Below, in pieces: positions 16,750-31,433 of a DNA stretch of 64,000 nucleotides. The translations under genes were made by a program, and so were the position numbers. Position 1 is the stretch's first letter. Each line of letters starts with the position of its first letter. Under the pieces are notes generated by a model. That model saw nothing but the letters and a program-made list of their open reading frames with translations, had not been told where the DNA came from and searched no databases. The stretch spans positions 310,806,001-310,870,000 of the forward strand of contig OZ024740.1 in NCBI GenBank assembly GCA_964016885.1, given 5' to 3'. Source of the stretch: Eledone cirrhosa (lineage: Eukaryota).

Positions 16750-17592
16750 TTTATTTGTCACAGGGGCGTAAAAAGTGGGACATTACAAGACGTGACGGCG
16801 GGGTTTTACATAAAAATCATATAACTTTAACATTAATAAATAACAATAAGCTATATATAATAAAATAACAATTGAAATATCCTATAGGGGGAGCGTTACT
16901 GCAGGATTGTTTTACACCCCGTAGGTAGAACAACCCTCAACACCAGGAACACGTCTTGTAGGTGTTCCTGTCTTTCCTGTGTTTATCTTCCTCAACCTAC
17001 AGGTTTATATACAGAGAAGGCCCATTTTCACCACATTCACCCACCTTTCAGCGAAATGACTGGGGTGTACCACCTCTCTCTCCACTCTCACCTTCCTTCT
17101 GAAGTGGTACTTAAAGAAAGGGATAAGTTGTTGTCCGGAGAGACAGGTGTTTTCCCTCAGTCCTTTTAACATCGTCCACCATATTACCTCTTTCGCCATA
17201 GCCACCAGACAGAAGAAAAACGCCTCTCCCTCGTTCTTAAATGAAGGCGGCGGGGTGATCCTCACGATGGACCCAGCCGACAACTGGATGCGCCCCACAC
17301 GTGACAGTAGCTGTTCGACATAATTCCACAGGCCAGTCAGCCCTGGGCACTGAACAATTGCGTGCAGAACGGTTTCGATGTCCTGCTCCCATCTTCGACA
17401 GGTCCTTTTGGCAGGATCTCTGCCAGGGCGTCCGTGCCTGTAGATTTTGTCTCGAACTAGTAGAGCTCCTCGGTAACACTGCCAGGCCAGAGACCTCTGG
17501 AGGTTATCCATAGGCCCTGGACTGAGAGTCCTCCCGAACAAACTGGTCAGTTCGTCCTCCTTGATGCCCAGAGTTTCCCGAGAACTTCGTCG
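16750..17592 (-). mobile_element. Tx1/L1-group LINE 3' fragment
   Basis: ORF 17005-17595 (SLAWQCYRGAL..ETVLHAIVQC) is homologous to 45316-45834; 3'UTR ends aataaag at a (TATC)n tract. Confidence 0.85.
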
Positions 17593-17615
17593 CATATAGA
17601 TATATATATATATAT

Positions 17616-17670
<55 letters not shown>

Positions 17671-17677
17671 TATATTT

Positions 17678-18437
17678 TCAATACCCGAATTACTTGATGG
17701 GTTTTTTTTGGCTATGCGAATGATTGTTTAACCATCGTCTCAGTGTGTTTGGCCTTTAACGTTTGTTATAGCTCTGGTTCATCTGAATCATTGAGCACTT
17801 GCCTCACATCTCGGAGGTTGTTTTTCGTTATTTCGTGGGCCGAAATGCGAATCTCGATAATTTATGCTTGTATTTATCTCCAGACTCTAGCTATTGACCA
17901 GTTAATTTTCTTGATTTTTTAGTTGATTCTATTGACTGATAAATAGCTTATGTTAATTTTAACCCTTCTGTTGAGAACTCTATTCGATTTGTGATGTTTT
18001 TGCATTCTTCCAAAAATATACACAACTGAATTTATTCGCCTGATATAGGGGCTGCCTCCCTTGCCGATCCCCACGTGGAGTCAGCAATAGTCAGTCCTTG
18101 TATTAACATTGAACTAAAACCTGTTGAGAAAGTGGCTTCCTTGTTCAATCATCTTACCAGAGCCTGACATTTTTTATGTAAGCGGACGGTACTTGATTTA
18201 GGAGCCGCAGAAACCCAAATACTGGATTTTACCAACCTTCCAGGGGTCCGGGTAAATGTTCAATACCCGAATTACATGATCGTTTTTTTTTTGGCTATGC
18301 GAATGATTGTTTAACCATCGTCTCAGTGTGTTTGGCCTTTAACGTTTGTTATAGCTCTGGTTCATCTGAATCATTGAGCACTTGCCATAACATCTCGGAG
18401 GTTGTTTTTCGTTATTTCGTGGGCCGGAATGCGAATC
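17678..18437. repeat. ~180-bp direct repeats ~582 bp apart, unclassified
   Basis: ttcaatacccgaatta..gtgggccg.aatgcgaatct at 17678-17856 and 18260-18437. Confidence 0.85.
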
Positions 18438-18571
18438 TTGTTTGTTTATATATATATATATACATACATGCATACATATATATATGTACGTATAGGTTTA
18501 CCGAACATTTATTATAATGTTCGATTTGTTTATAAACAAACAGCCCGAATTAAGCCGTACAATGCCGGCAA

Positions 18572-18666
<95 letters not shown>

Positions 18667-18864
18667 TATACATATATATATATACATATATATACATATA
18701 TATGTATATATATATACATATATATATGTATATATATATACATTTATATATATATGTATATATATATACATATATATACATATATATGTATATATATATA
18801 CATATATATATGTATATATATATACATTTATATATATATGTATATATATATACATATATATATG

Positions 18865-18906
<42 letters not shown>

Positions 18907-18907
18907 A

Positions 18908-21377
18908 CTTTGAATAACTTTGAAATGTTTCGGCCAGTATTGGCCCAGGCCATGTCTAACTTAATAGCACCACCTAGCGAAGTCTTTCAATTCAGGATTT
19001 GGGCACCATGGCCCATTCGAGAAGGGAATTACTGTTTGCGGAGACATATCCGGGTGTGGGTGGTTTGTCCGGGATTACTTGGAGGAATTTGTCCAAAGAC
19101 TTCTTGAATTTTGTGTGGTCAGTTTCTGTTTTGGCGTGTCCTGGTGTGATGTTGAAGAGAGCAGGGCCAATTGAGGTGAAATAATTGTGCCGTATTGTTG
19201 TTATGAGTTGCGATTTAGATTTTTGTTTGGGCGGATAGCACGGGGCCCAAGCCTTGGGTGTATTTTGAAGGTGATGCCAACATCATTTGGGCAGTGCTGA
19301 TGAAACATTTTCCACATCATGCAGATAATATAACGCTCACGGCGACGTTGGAGTGAGTAAAGTTTCAGCTTTTCTAGTCGACCCCAGTAGTCAAGGTCTG
19401 ACATGCCATCTATCTTTTTCGTGATTGCCCTTTGGGGAGCTTCAAGTTTCATGATACTTTGTTTCGTGTTGGGAGACCACAGTGGACAACACTATTCAAG
19501 GTGTGGTTGGGCAAACGTGGAGAAGAGAAGGATAATGGTGTGGGAATCTCTCGACTGGAAGGTTCTGAGATCCAGGAACACATTCTGCGAGCCGTGTCAA
19601 CTTTGCTGCTTATATGCGTGGCCCAGCTTATGTTGCTGTCCACGGTTACTCCCAAGTCTCTGATGTTCTTAGATGCCACGAGAGTTTCACCGGAGGGAAG
19701 GGAGTACGGGAGTTTCAGAGCATCCTCTTTTCCAAAGTGGATCAGTTCGAATTTGTCTTCGTTCAGTAACATGTTCTTTACCGCCCATTTAGTAACAGCC
19801 AGTAGGTCTAACTGAAGGCTTATCCGGTCATCCACGCCATTGATGACCTTTTGGAGCATGGAATCATCAGCGAAAATTCTAATGTTGCTGTGTTTGATGA
19901 TGTCAGTGATGTCATTAATATATATGATGAAGAGAAGTGGGCCCAACACAGTGCCTTGTGGGACCCCACTACTGACTTTGGCTGGGCTGGATTTGACTCC
20001 TTCGACTACAACATGTTGGGTTCTGTTTGACAGGAAGCTCTTGATCCACTGCAGCAGCTTTCCAGTGACACCAATATTGGACAGCTTTCTCAGTAGAATG
20101 TTGTGATCAACCCTGTCAAAGCCTTGCTGAAATCAAGGTAGATAACATCAGTGTTGGAACCCTCTCCCAAGGCTCTCAAAATGTCATCAAAGTGATGCCG
20201 TAGCTGCGTCAGGCAATCCCTTCCATAACGGAATCCATGCTGGTTGGAGTTCAGCATATTGTTACTCTCAAGGAAGTGAGTCATTCGCGATATCACCACT
20301 CTCTCAAATACCTTAATGATATGAGAGGTGAGTGAGAATGGACGGTAATTCACGGCAAGGGATTTGTTTCCCTTTTTGAAAACTGGGACAACCGACTGGG
20401 ATAGAAGGTTTTCTGGCACATATCCAACATCCAATGAGTTCCGCCACAGATTGGCAAGAGGAGATGCAAGTTGGTGTTGACACGCCTTCAAGACACAAGC
20501 AGGGAACCTATCGGGACCTACTGCTGAATTATGCTTGATTTCCTTTATTGCCGCCAAGACATCAGGGGCGCCAAACATTATGTCCGATAAGGTGTAATGG
20601 GGAGTAACATCGCCGATACAGCCCAGATCGGCCATATCAGGATTGCTGAAAACAGAGCAGCATTGTTTCTGCAGTATCTCACCCATGGTTTTAGCATTGT
20701 CTTGAAGAGTGCCATTTTCATCAATTAGAGGGCCAACAGTAGAGCCAGTGATTTTGTGTTTTTTTGCAAATGAAAAGAACACTTTGGGATTGAGTTTGAT
20801 CTTCTCAATGGCCCAGGCCTCTTCATCTCTTCTCTGATTGTTGATGATAGACATCATATTGTTTTGGAGGTTATGTTTTTTAATCTCTAGTGATGAAATG
20901 GCAGTCAAGTTGATGTGTTGCTGCTGACAGTATTTCAGCTTGTTGAATTTTGTTAGTTCTCTTAATTTTCCTGATGAGCGTTTTTCTATTTCTAGGGATT
21001 CTGCTCTTAGATTTGTTTATAGTTCTTAATGGGGTGTGTTTTGCACATATGTTTGTAACTGTGTCCACAAATGTCTGCCAGGACTTTTTGATGTTAGTGG
21101 GTGTGTGAGTGTGCGTGAAGGACCAGTCGACATGTGCAAGATCATGACTGATCGCTTCCCAGTTTACATTGTGGAAATCCATAGCGTCAAACGGATGGAC
21201 AGGAGAGATGACATTGGGTTTGTATATTGGACGGTGGAATCTCAGATCACAGAGAACCATGTCATGATCAGAGAGTAGAGTTTTCTCCACTGCAATATTG
21301 TGGATAGTGTCAGTGTGATTGCTGAAAATTAAGTCTAGGATGTTTTTGTGGCACCTCGTTGGTTCGAGCACCAGTTG
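18908..21377 (-). mobile_element. 5'-truncated CR1-group LINE (ORF2 EN end + RT), frameshifted
   Basis: EPTR..NILDL..SDH; VFKKG..NYRP.SLTS..KVFE; QHGFR; YLDFSK; GVPQGTVLGPLLFIIYIND..FADD; 3' short tandem repeat ttcaaagtta. Confidence 0.9.
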
Positions 21378-21637
21378 GCATACCGCCTATGGAAGCATCT
21401 TAGCTAATTAGACATATATATATATATATATTGGATTCACAATCGTAAGGTTGTGAGTTCGATTCCTGGACCAGGCGATGCGTTATGTCCTTGAGCAAGA
21501 CACTTTATTTCACATTGCTCATTCTACCTGGAGTTGCGACCGATAGATAGTATTAGCAATTGGAAAGGCCAACGGAAACATTGTTCCCTCGGTCCGATTT
21601 GACGAAAGTCGATCGAAAAAAAAATATATATATATAC

Positions 21638-22225
<588 letters not shown>

Positions 22226-22365
22226 TATATATATATACATATATATATACATATATATATATATATATTCATATATATATATACATATATATATATACAT
22301 ATATATAAGCAAATTATAAATGTAAACATGTAAGTATGTTTTTGAAACGGTGCGCGAGTTTGAAA

Positions 22366-22552
22366 GTTAGAAATTAGAAATTATAAGCTTTCACCGTATT
22401 TTAGACTAAAGGAATTTCTAGCCTGATAGTGGGGTTTATAACCCTCGGAGAAATGGAAAAAGATGAGTGTTGCCGTACATGTACTCATCTATCAGGCTAG
22501 AAATTCCTTTAGTCTAAAATACGGTGAAAGCTTATAATTTCTAATTTCTAAC
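22366..22552. repeat. Inverted repeat with 64-bp arms and ~59-bp spacer between TA arrays
   Basis: gttagaaattag..ctagcctgatag / ctatcaggctag..ctaatttctaac; arm contains GAAAGCTTA, a possible hammerhead 3' half. Confidence 0.9.
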
Positions 22553-22574
22553 ATACATATATATATATATATAT

Positions 22575-22937
<363 letters not shown>

Positions 22938-22983
22938 CGTTACGTTTCGCTTTTTCTACCCGCCGAAATGCGATTTTCTATGA

Positions 22984-23028
<45 letters not shown>

Positions 23029-23153
23029 TAATGGTAGCTAAGATGCTTCCATAGGCGGTATGCCGGTTGAGCACTCTATGCTCCTACATAGCAGAGTATG
23101 ATAGGATGAAAGAGGATTGTATAAAAGAGGATATGCTCCGAAATCAATAGACA

Positions 23154-23239
23154 TGTCTGAGGAACCTGCGAGTTCAGAGTCAGGTCAATCCACACACAGA
23201 TCGCACCTCGAGCTGTTCGCCGCGGAAACAATTGTAACA
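23154..23239 (+). ncRNA. Degenerate hammerhead motif
   Basis: tgt-CTGAGGA-..gcga/tcgc..-GAAA-CAATTG-TA-aca; stem II decayed near the core; 3' halves of the family at 31206 and ~35850. Confidence 0.55.
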
Positions 23240-23285
23240 CACAATAAATTGAGTTCCGATGCATCACTGATTTTTCGTTTTCCAT

Positions 23286-24178
<893 letters not shown>

Positions 24179-24692
24179 GCATGTACGTATATACATATGA
24201 GGATATATGTGCGCTATATTGGAAAACTGTATCATTAATTTCATTTGTATCATTGAATTAAGAAGCTTTCATACAATGTACTATACTTTAAAATTGCTAC
24301 TTTACACCTATAATAATTTTAATTTACAATTTACGTTTTGAAAATAGCCTGTATATCATCTATGTTTCCAAATGTCTGGAAGATATGAAAGCGGTGTTTT
24401 CGGCTGGTGTATTGATTTATTGCGATTTCCTCCAATACTGACTCATTTAAATGCATTACTTCAGGATTCTGGTGAAGAAATGACATTTTCGTTTGTGTAT
24501 AAATCTCTCTTTACGAGTGAAATATTCGGTTATAGCGCTGATTTCTATAGTATACGATGAGATTAATTCATTTGCGAAGTTAAATTTCGTATGCCGATAA
24601 TTGTTGAGATTGATATCAGATTTTTTTTCTAAATTATCAAAAGCTTCATGTAATAAGACTTCACGGTAATTCCTTGTTGGATTACTTATCCA

Positions 24693-24764
<72 letters not shown>

Positions 24765-24770
<6 letters not shown>

Positions 24771-26594
24771 AATGAATAATAACAGGTAGACATCATAAAA
24801 AGGTAATTTATTCTGTGTGCTTACAAATGTTTCCACCGTGGTTATACAGCCTAGTTTTGCTATGTGCAAATTTATAACTATTTGCAAAACTCAATTATCA
24901 AATGCTGTGACCACTGTATCATCAGAGCAGAATGGTTAAAATTTAAAATGTAAATACCCTTAAGTGAGGTTATTGGGGAAGATAGAGTAGAAAGGAAGAG
25001 AGAAAAGAAGGAGAGAGGGAGAAAGAGAGAGGGAGAAAGAGAGAGAGAGAGAGATGCAGGGGTTGGAGAAATGGGAGAGAGTGGTTTGTAGATATCTTAA
25101 TCAAAATGTTGTGGTAAGGGTTTTATTATACTGGTTACTCTTAAAGCGACCACCTTAATCGATACTTTGATAGTCAAGGTTGGAATTATTAATTGCCACA
25201 GAGGGCAGGTTCATAGATGTGGAGAGGGAGGGAGGTGGACCTAGGGCGAGAGAGAGAGAGTGGGGGGAATGGAGAGAGAGGGGGAGATAGAGAGGGGACA
25301 GACGAAAGCTATGGGATGGGTGTACATTGAGTTCATAGTTGTAGGCTACAAATTGCACTAAGTTTCCATTTATAGTGATAAGCAGGGTATTGTCTTGTAG
25401 TTGAAGAATAAATGCCTAAAGTCCAACATTGTTTACCAATGCACTGTTGAATCGAACGACCAGAAATGGTTTTACATCGGGTCTACCACTACCTCCTTTA
25501 AATCTCGCTGTATCGTCATCGATTCTCAATTAAACATCCTAATCACCGTTTTGTGACCACGCTCGCCAACATGACCTGGCAACTCCGTGAACGCAACCAA
25601 CAGTTCACCTTGAAATGGGATATACTTTCCAGCGCTAGTGCATATCGGAGTGGATTGAAGTACTGTAGGTTATGTCACCTTGAACTCTTTTACATCTTAA
25701 AATCCAAAAATAAATTACTAAACGACCATTATACAGCAACCAAAAACTGAAGGCTAAATTCTCTCACTATAAAATAACTTAACATTCGAACCCGTAACTA
25801 TAACATTGCTTTCTAGCTAACCACTTTCTCTTCCCCCACACTACAAGACAATACCCTGCTTATCACTATAAATGGAAACTTAGTGCAATTTGTAGCCTAC
25901 AACTATGAACTCAATGTACACCCATCCCATAGCTTTCGTCTGTTCCCGCTCTATCTCTCCCTCTCTCTCCATTCCCTCTTCTCTCTCTCTCTCGCCCTAG
26001 GTCCACCTCCCTCTCCATATCTATGAACCTGCCCTCTGTGGCAATAAATAATTCCAACCTTGGCTATCAACGCATCGCTTAAGGTGGTCGCTTTAAGAGT
26101 AACCAGTATAATAAAACCCCTACCACAACATTTTGATTAAGATATCTACAAACCACTCTCTCCCATTTCTCCAACCCCTGCATATCTCTCTCTCTTTCTC
26201 CCTCTCCCCTTCTTTTCTCTCTTCCTTTTCTACTCTATCTTCCCCCAATAACCTGACTTAAGGGTATTTACATTTTACATTTTAACCATTCTGCTCTGAT
26301 GATACAGTGGTCACAGCATTTGATAATTGAGTTTTGCAAATAGTTATAAATTTGCACATAGCAAAACTAGGCTGTATAACCACGGTGGAAACATTTGTAA
26401 GCACACAGAATAAATTACCTTTTTATGATGTCTACCTGTTATTATTCATTCTTTATCTACACTCCGGAATACAGAAGGATCAGGAACTAAGTTTCTTCAT
26501 CTATTCTTCTCCTATAGCTCGTTGAGTAACCTCTCACCGTACGTCAACTCTATCCGGTGTAGTAATTAACCATTACTGCATCCAGGATAATCCT

Positions 26595-26597
<3 letters not shown>
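24765..26597 (+). mobile_element. 5'-truncated Penelope-like element: inverted pLTR + GIY-YIG endonuclease remnant + pLTR with tail
   Basis: Arms 24765-25401 / 25840-26456 (~620 bp); between them KCLKSNIVYQC..WFYIGSTTTSFKSR then TTLAN..W..LKWDIL..CRLCHLE..LLN; both ends abut TA arrays. Confidence 0.9.
26292..26403 (+). ncRNA. Type I hammerhead ribozyme with long stem II, in pLTR
   Basis: tgct-CTGATGA-tacagtggt..accacggtg-GAAA-catttg-TA-agca; mirror copy at 24818-24929 (-). Confidence 0.8.
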
Positions 26598-26636
<39 letters not shown>

Positions 26637-26640
<4 letters not shown>

Positions 26641-26820
26641 GGGTCCAAATCCTCATAGCGGGTGATGGCAACTTCATTTTCCGTCTTTTAGAGGGGGTCT
26701 TCGTCCTATTTTATAAGGTGCTTTTATAGCATCTCTGTACCTTATAAAATAGGGTGAAGACCCCTTTAAAAGAAGGAAAATGAAGTTGCCATCAGCCGTT
26801 ATGAGGATTTGAACCCCATA
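26637..26820. repeat. Diverged fold-back inverted repeat between TA arrays
   Basis: ggggtccaaatcctcata..gatggcaacttcattttcc..ctattttataaggt / accttataaaatag..ggaaaatgaagttgccatc..tatgaggatttgaacccc. Confidence 0.85.
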
Positions 26821-26831
26821 TCTCCCGTATG

Positions 26832-26877
<46 letters not shown>

Positions 26878-26878
<1 letters not shown>

Positions 26879-27755
26879 GAGGTGTGTCAGGAAAGTTCCA
26901 GGACTGATGTAACAAAAGATTTATTTCAAACCCAAACTTCACACTAAGAGTTTTCTCCTTCAAAGTAAAGCCCCTGGAGTATGTAACTGTAATCTTAGCT
27001 CTCTGCGGCGATCAAACTTTTTTCTTCATAATTTTATATACATGTCCTCTGTTTTCAGGTCGTCAAGCAATGATCACAGAGCAAGGAACAAACTTGAAGT
27101 TTCTAGTACGGTTGGGGAAACTCCGTCAGAAGCACTGGGATTGTTGCAGCAAGTGTATGGAGATGAAACGATGTCACGCTCACGTGTTTTTGAGTGGTGC
27201 AAGATGACCCCAGGAGCGGAAGGCCCTCAACAACCAGGACTTAGGTCACCGTTGAGCGCGTCAAGCAGCTGGTGCGTAGCGATCGTCAGCTGACTGTTCG
27301 ACTGATGGCAAATGAGCTGGGCATGAATCGGGACAGCGTCTGGAAGATTCTTACTGAAGATTTGGACATGCGGAAAGTCTGCGCGAAGATGGTGCCAAAA
27401 CTGCTGAACGATGACGAGAAAGGTCGACGCATGCAAGTGTGCCAGGACATCCTCGAGCGTCTTGAAACCGAACCAGACTTGCTAGGGACAGTCAAGGATC
27501 TCCGAGTACGACCCGTTTTGAAGACGTAGACGACATCGAAAAGGCCGTGACGACATCAAAAAGGCCGTGACGACGGAACTGCGGAGGATCCCGGAAGAAT
27601 CCTTCCAGGAGTGCATGCAAGCGTGGCAGAAAAGGATGGAAAAGTGCATTAGACTCCAGGAGGATTACTTTGAAGGAGAAAACTCTTAGTGAGAAGTTTG
27701 GGTTTGAAATAAATCTTTTGTGACATCAGTCCTGGAACCTTTCTGACACACCTCG
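26878..27755 (+). mobile_element. Internally deleted mariner transposon with ~90-bp TIRs
   Basis: cgaggtgtgtcag..ttcaaagtaa / ttactttgaa..ctgacacacctcg; transposase pieces QQVYGDETMSRSRVFEW, DRQLTVR..LDMRKVCAKMVPKLL, C-terminal YFEGENS*; catalytic domain missing. Confidence 0.92.
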
Positions 27756-28784
27756 TCTATACTCAATTTATCCTAACAGTCTGCAAGGAAAGTTCTATAA
27801 AAATGCATATAAAATGTTAAGCAAACATTCTCGTTTGTCATTTGCCTGCGTTAATTATAGATGTAGGATTTTACTGATGATAATCCAAATTGAATTCCAA
27901 TCATCGTAACGGACTTTATATAACCCTATGAGACAATAATTTTATCTTCAAAATTGTATTTAATATTTTGAAAAAATATGTATGCACTTCCTGCAAAGCG
28001 CCCCACTAAGATATTTTAGCTTTACTGTTTGTTCACAAAGCCCAATATTTCTTTCCTTTTTCCTATATGACAATTCTAGTCTAGCCAATTTACTAAGTAA
28101 AAAAGCTATGTTAGGGAGATCTAATAGAAGAGAAAGATGTCCGTTACTTTCACCAAGTTCCACTCCCGCTGCATTGTCTTACAATTTTTCCAAACATTTG
28201 AACCAGCTCAAACAATGTTGGTTTTTTCCTTTGATTCATTCTTATTTCCTAAACATCCTGATAGATGTATTTCTCTCTCGCATTATCAAAGCTGCGAGAC
28301 TCAGTGTGTATGTATGTAAAGGATTTGTTTAAAGGACTCAGTGAAAAAAAAATTGGTTTGATGATGGCTCTTGAAAGAGAAACTAGGCGTGGAATGGTGA
28401 ATGATGGGGTCTATAATTTTGAGGACACACGCATAGAGCACGAGAAGATCAAACGGGATATGCGTAAGCAATGCCCTGGTGTATCTCTCGAAACTATCGG
28501 TGTCTCCATTGAATTGAATTGAAGTACCCTGAGTGTGGAAAATTTGCTTGAGCCACAGTAGCAGGCATGTTCAAAGAGAACCAGTGAACTATGATCCCCA
28601 TGGTATTGTGAGGGTCCACAGGCAACTTGATGCAAGACCTTAGGCCAGGGAGATCCATAGTTGTCGTCAGTGTGCGAAGGAGTGCAAGTCTCTAGCAGGT
28701 TTGAAAAGCCATATTCATATCTGAATCTGACAAGCGATTGCAATACTCTTAGCAGCCATCATGTATGTATGTATGTATGTTAGA

Positions 28785-29125
28785 AATAGTCGGGCTGGAC
28801 ACCCGATCGCGCGGTTAAACCACTGGGAGTGAAGGACCCCTAGCCTTTGTCAGGATATTCTTCTAGGAGAAGGCAACTCAGGAAACTGGTATAACTCCAA
28901 TATAAAACCTGCGGCTCAGTAATTACCGATGATGTTGACCTTTTCTTCTTTTCAGATTATAGCTACTGTCGCTCAGAGAGTGGGATTGGCTCAGTGCACA
29001 GTCTTTGCTCACTTTAAAAAATATCTTCATGCACAGGCATTGCACGATAGAATTAATTAATAATTATTAATAATGGTATATCGTGCAATGGCCATACTCG
29101 ATAACGAGGGGGCAGCCTTCATCAT
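28785..29125 (+). mobile_element. Copy of the dispersed non-coding repeat, flanked by (TATG)n
   Basis: Close match to 8835-9172. Confidence 0.8.
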
Positions 29126-30075
29126 GTATGTATGTATGTACAGCGTGCTCTCCTTGGGCATATTTACCTGATAATTAATTTACACTGATAAGTAGTGCCT
29201 TATTTCTTGTCTGTTTCTCATATCTGTATCTGACAATTTTAGTCTGGCAAAAAAGTGGATATGCTTCACTGAGGATAGATACTATAGGCAAACAGCTTAA
29301 TAATAAGAGTCTCAAGTCAGACAAAGCCAAATACTTCGCAGATATCGATCGAAATTACATTGATTTCTCTATGTTTCTGAAGGTCAAATCAGCACTGGCG
29401 AGAAACACAGGATTGTTGGCCTTCAGCAGTTATGGATTTCACGTAAGCCGTTTTTCTTGTCACTGATGAGCGATAAGTCATGGATTTTACTGGCTGTGAG
29501 ATTTGGCATAATATATCACCTTTCTAATGATCAGAGCAACTCTCTGATTGAAAGACATAGAGGAGTGCGGATGAGAGATTGAGAAGATTTTCATGTAGAT
29601 AAAGGCTACGTCAGTAGAATGGTTTCTAATTTTCTAATATTTCAAGATATTGTAAGATAGAGTATCACTATCAGGAGTATTATTTGTTGCAAGAAACCGA
29701 AGCTTTTGCATTTGGCCTTAATTGAATGTGGTGTTAAAAGTGTGAAGTGCAAATATTTTGGTCATATTTTGCTGAGTGTGTTTAGATTAGAATTTTACTT
29801 CTGTGTAAGTAATACCCGGGTGCATTATGAGTTTGCTTAATCTGTAATGCAAGCGAGGATATTTGTGTGTGTGGTGAGGGTTATAAATATATAGATAGAT
29901 ATATACAGATATAGATATTTATATATTCTTGAGAAGATTAGTAGCTGCATTCAAAATTTATTTTTTATAAAAAAAACTAAAAGAAACTAGTCTACATAAT
30001 AAGGAATAGAAGCGCCCTTTCAAATTCCGCTCATCGTTTCTAAATACACGTTCATATATATATATATAGAGAGAG

Positions 30076-30818
30076 AGAATAGAATGAAACGAAATTTCAT
30101 TTCTCACTCTTACTACGGCACTTACTTAAATGTAAGTATGTATGTATCCGTACATACATATATGTATACAGACGTACAGTAGTATGTATATATATACATA
30201 CATGCACATATATATATATATATGCACGTATTGGTTTACCGAACATTTATTATAATGCTCGGTTTGCTTGCTTGTAAACAAACAAACAGCCCGAATTACG
30301 CCGTACAGTGTTTAGGCAACCACGTCACCTTTTTGTTCAACACTGACACAGGAACGATGTAGTTTCAAGCTTATTAGCTATCGTCAGCATCGTATACCTT
30401 TCCCGCCAGATGGTTGAACGTCTGAAAGTATATACTTTCCTTATGCATATTAACAGCTGAGCAGCCTAATTTGCATATCGAGTGAGTTCAGTCGGCCGGG
30501 CACATCGAAAACTATAAATGGAATAGAATGAAACGAAATTTCATTTCTCACTCTTAGTACGGCACTTACTTAATAAGCTTGAAACTAGTACATCGTTCCT
30601 GTGTCAGTGTTGAACAAAAAGGTGAAGTGGTTGCCTAAACACTGTACGGTGTAATTCGGGCTGTTTGTTTGTTTACAAACAAACAAACCGAGCATTATAA
30701 TAAATGTTCGGTAAACCGATACGTGCATATATATATGTGTGCATGTATGTATATATATACATACTACTCTACGTCTGTATACATATATGTATGTACGTAT
30801 ACATACATACATACTTAC

Positions 30819-30822
<4 letters not shown>
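30076..30822. mobile_element. Inverted pair of PLE pLTR-like segments with a duplicated ~53-bp block
   Basis: 30128-30376 mirrored by 30571-30822; gaatagaatgaaacg..cacttacttaa at 30076 and 30520; further copies at 35497-35820 and partially 18440-18573. Confidence 0.85.
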
Positions 30823-30865
<43 letters not shown>

Positions 30866-30866
<1 letters not shown>

Positions 30867-31023
30867 CGAAGGAAATGTGGTAAGGAACCAGGTGGACCAT
30901 AACGCACCAAAGTACTCAATACTTGAGGTAGTAGAGTGGGTAATAGGAACCAGTAAGACCCCGACAGCTGAGCTGAAGCCGTTTCGAAACGGCTTGAGCT
31001 CAGCTGTCGGGGTCTTACTGGTT

Positions 31024-31028
<5 letters not shown>
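30866..31028. repeat. 86-bp palindrome (one mismatch) with one-sided tail, containing hammerhead 3' halves
   Basis: 30943-31028 centred on tttcgaaa; each strand reads GAAA-c(g)gc..gctg-TC-gggg. Confidence 0.85.
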
Positions 31029-31370
<342 letters not shown>

Positions 31371-31433
31371 TATTTATTTACAGGAAATAACGAAGGCCTA
31401 TGCCTCCGTTAATTTATCGTGATATATATATAT

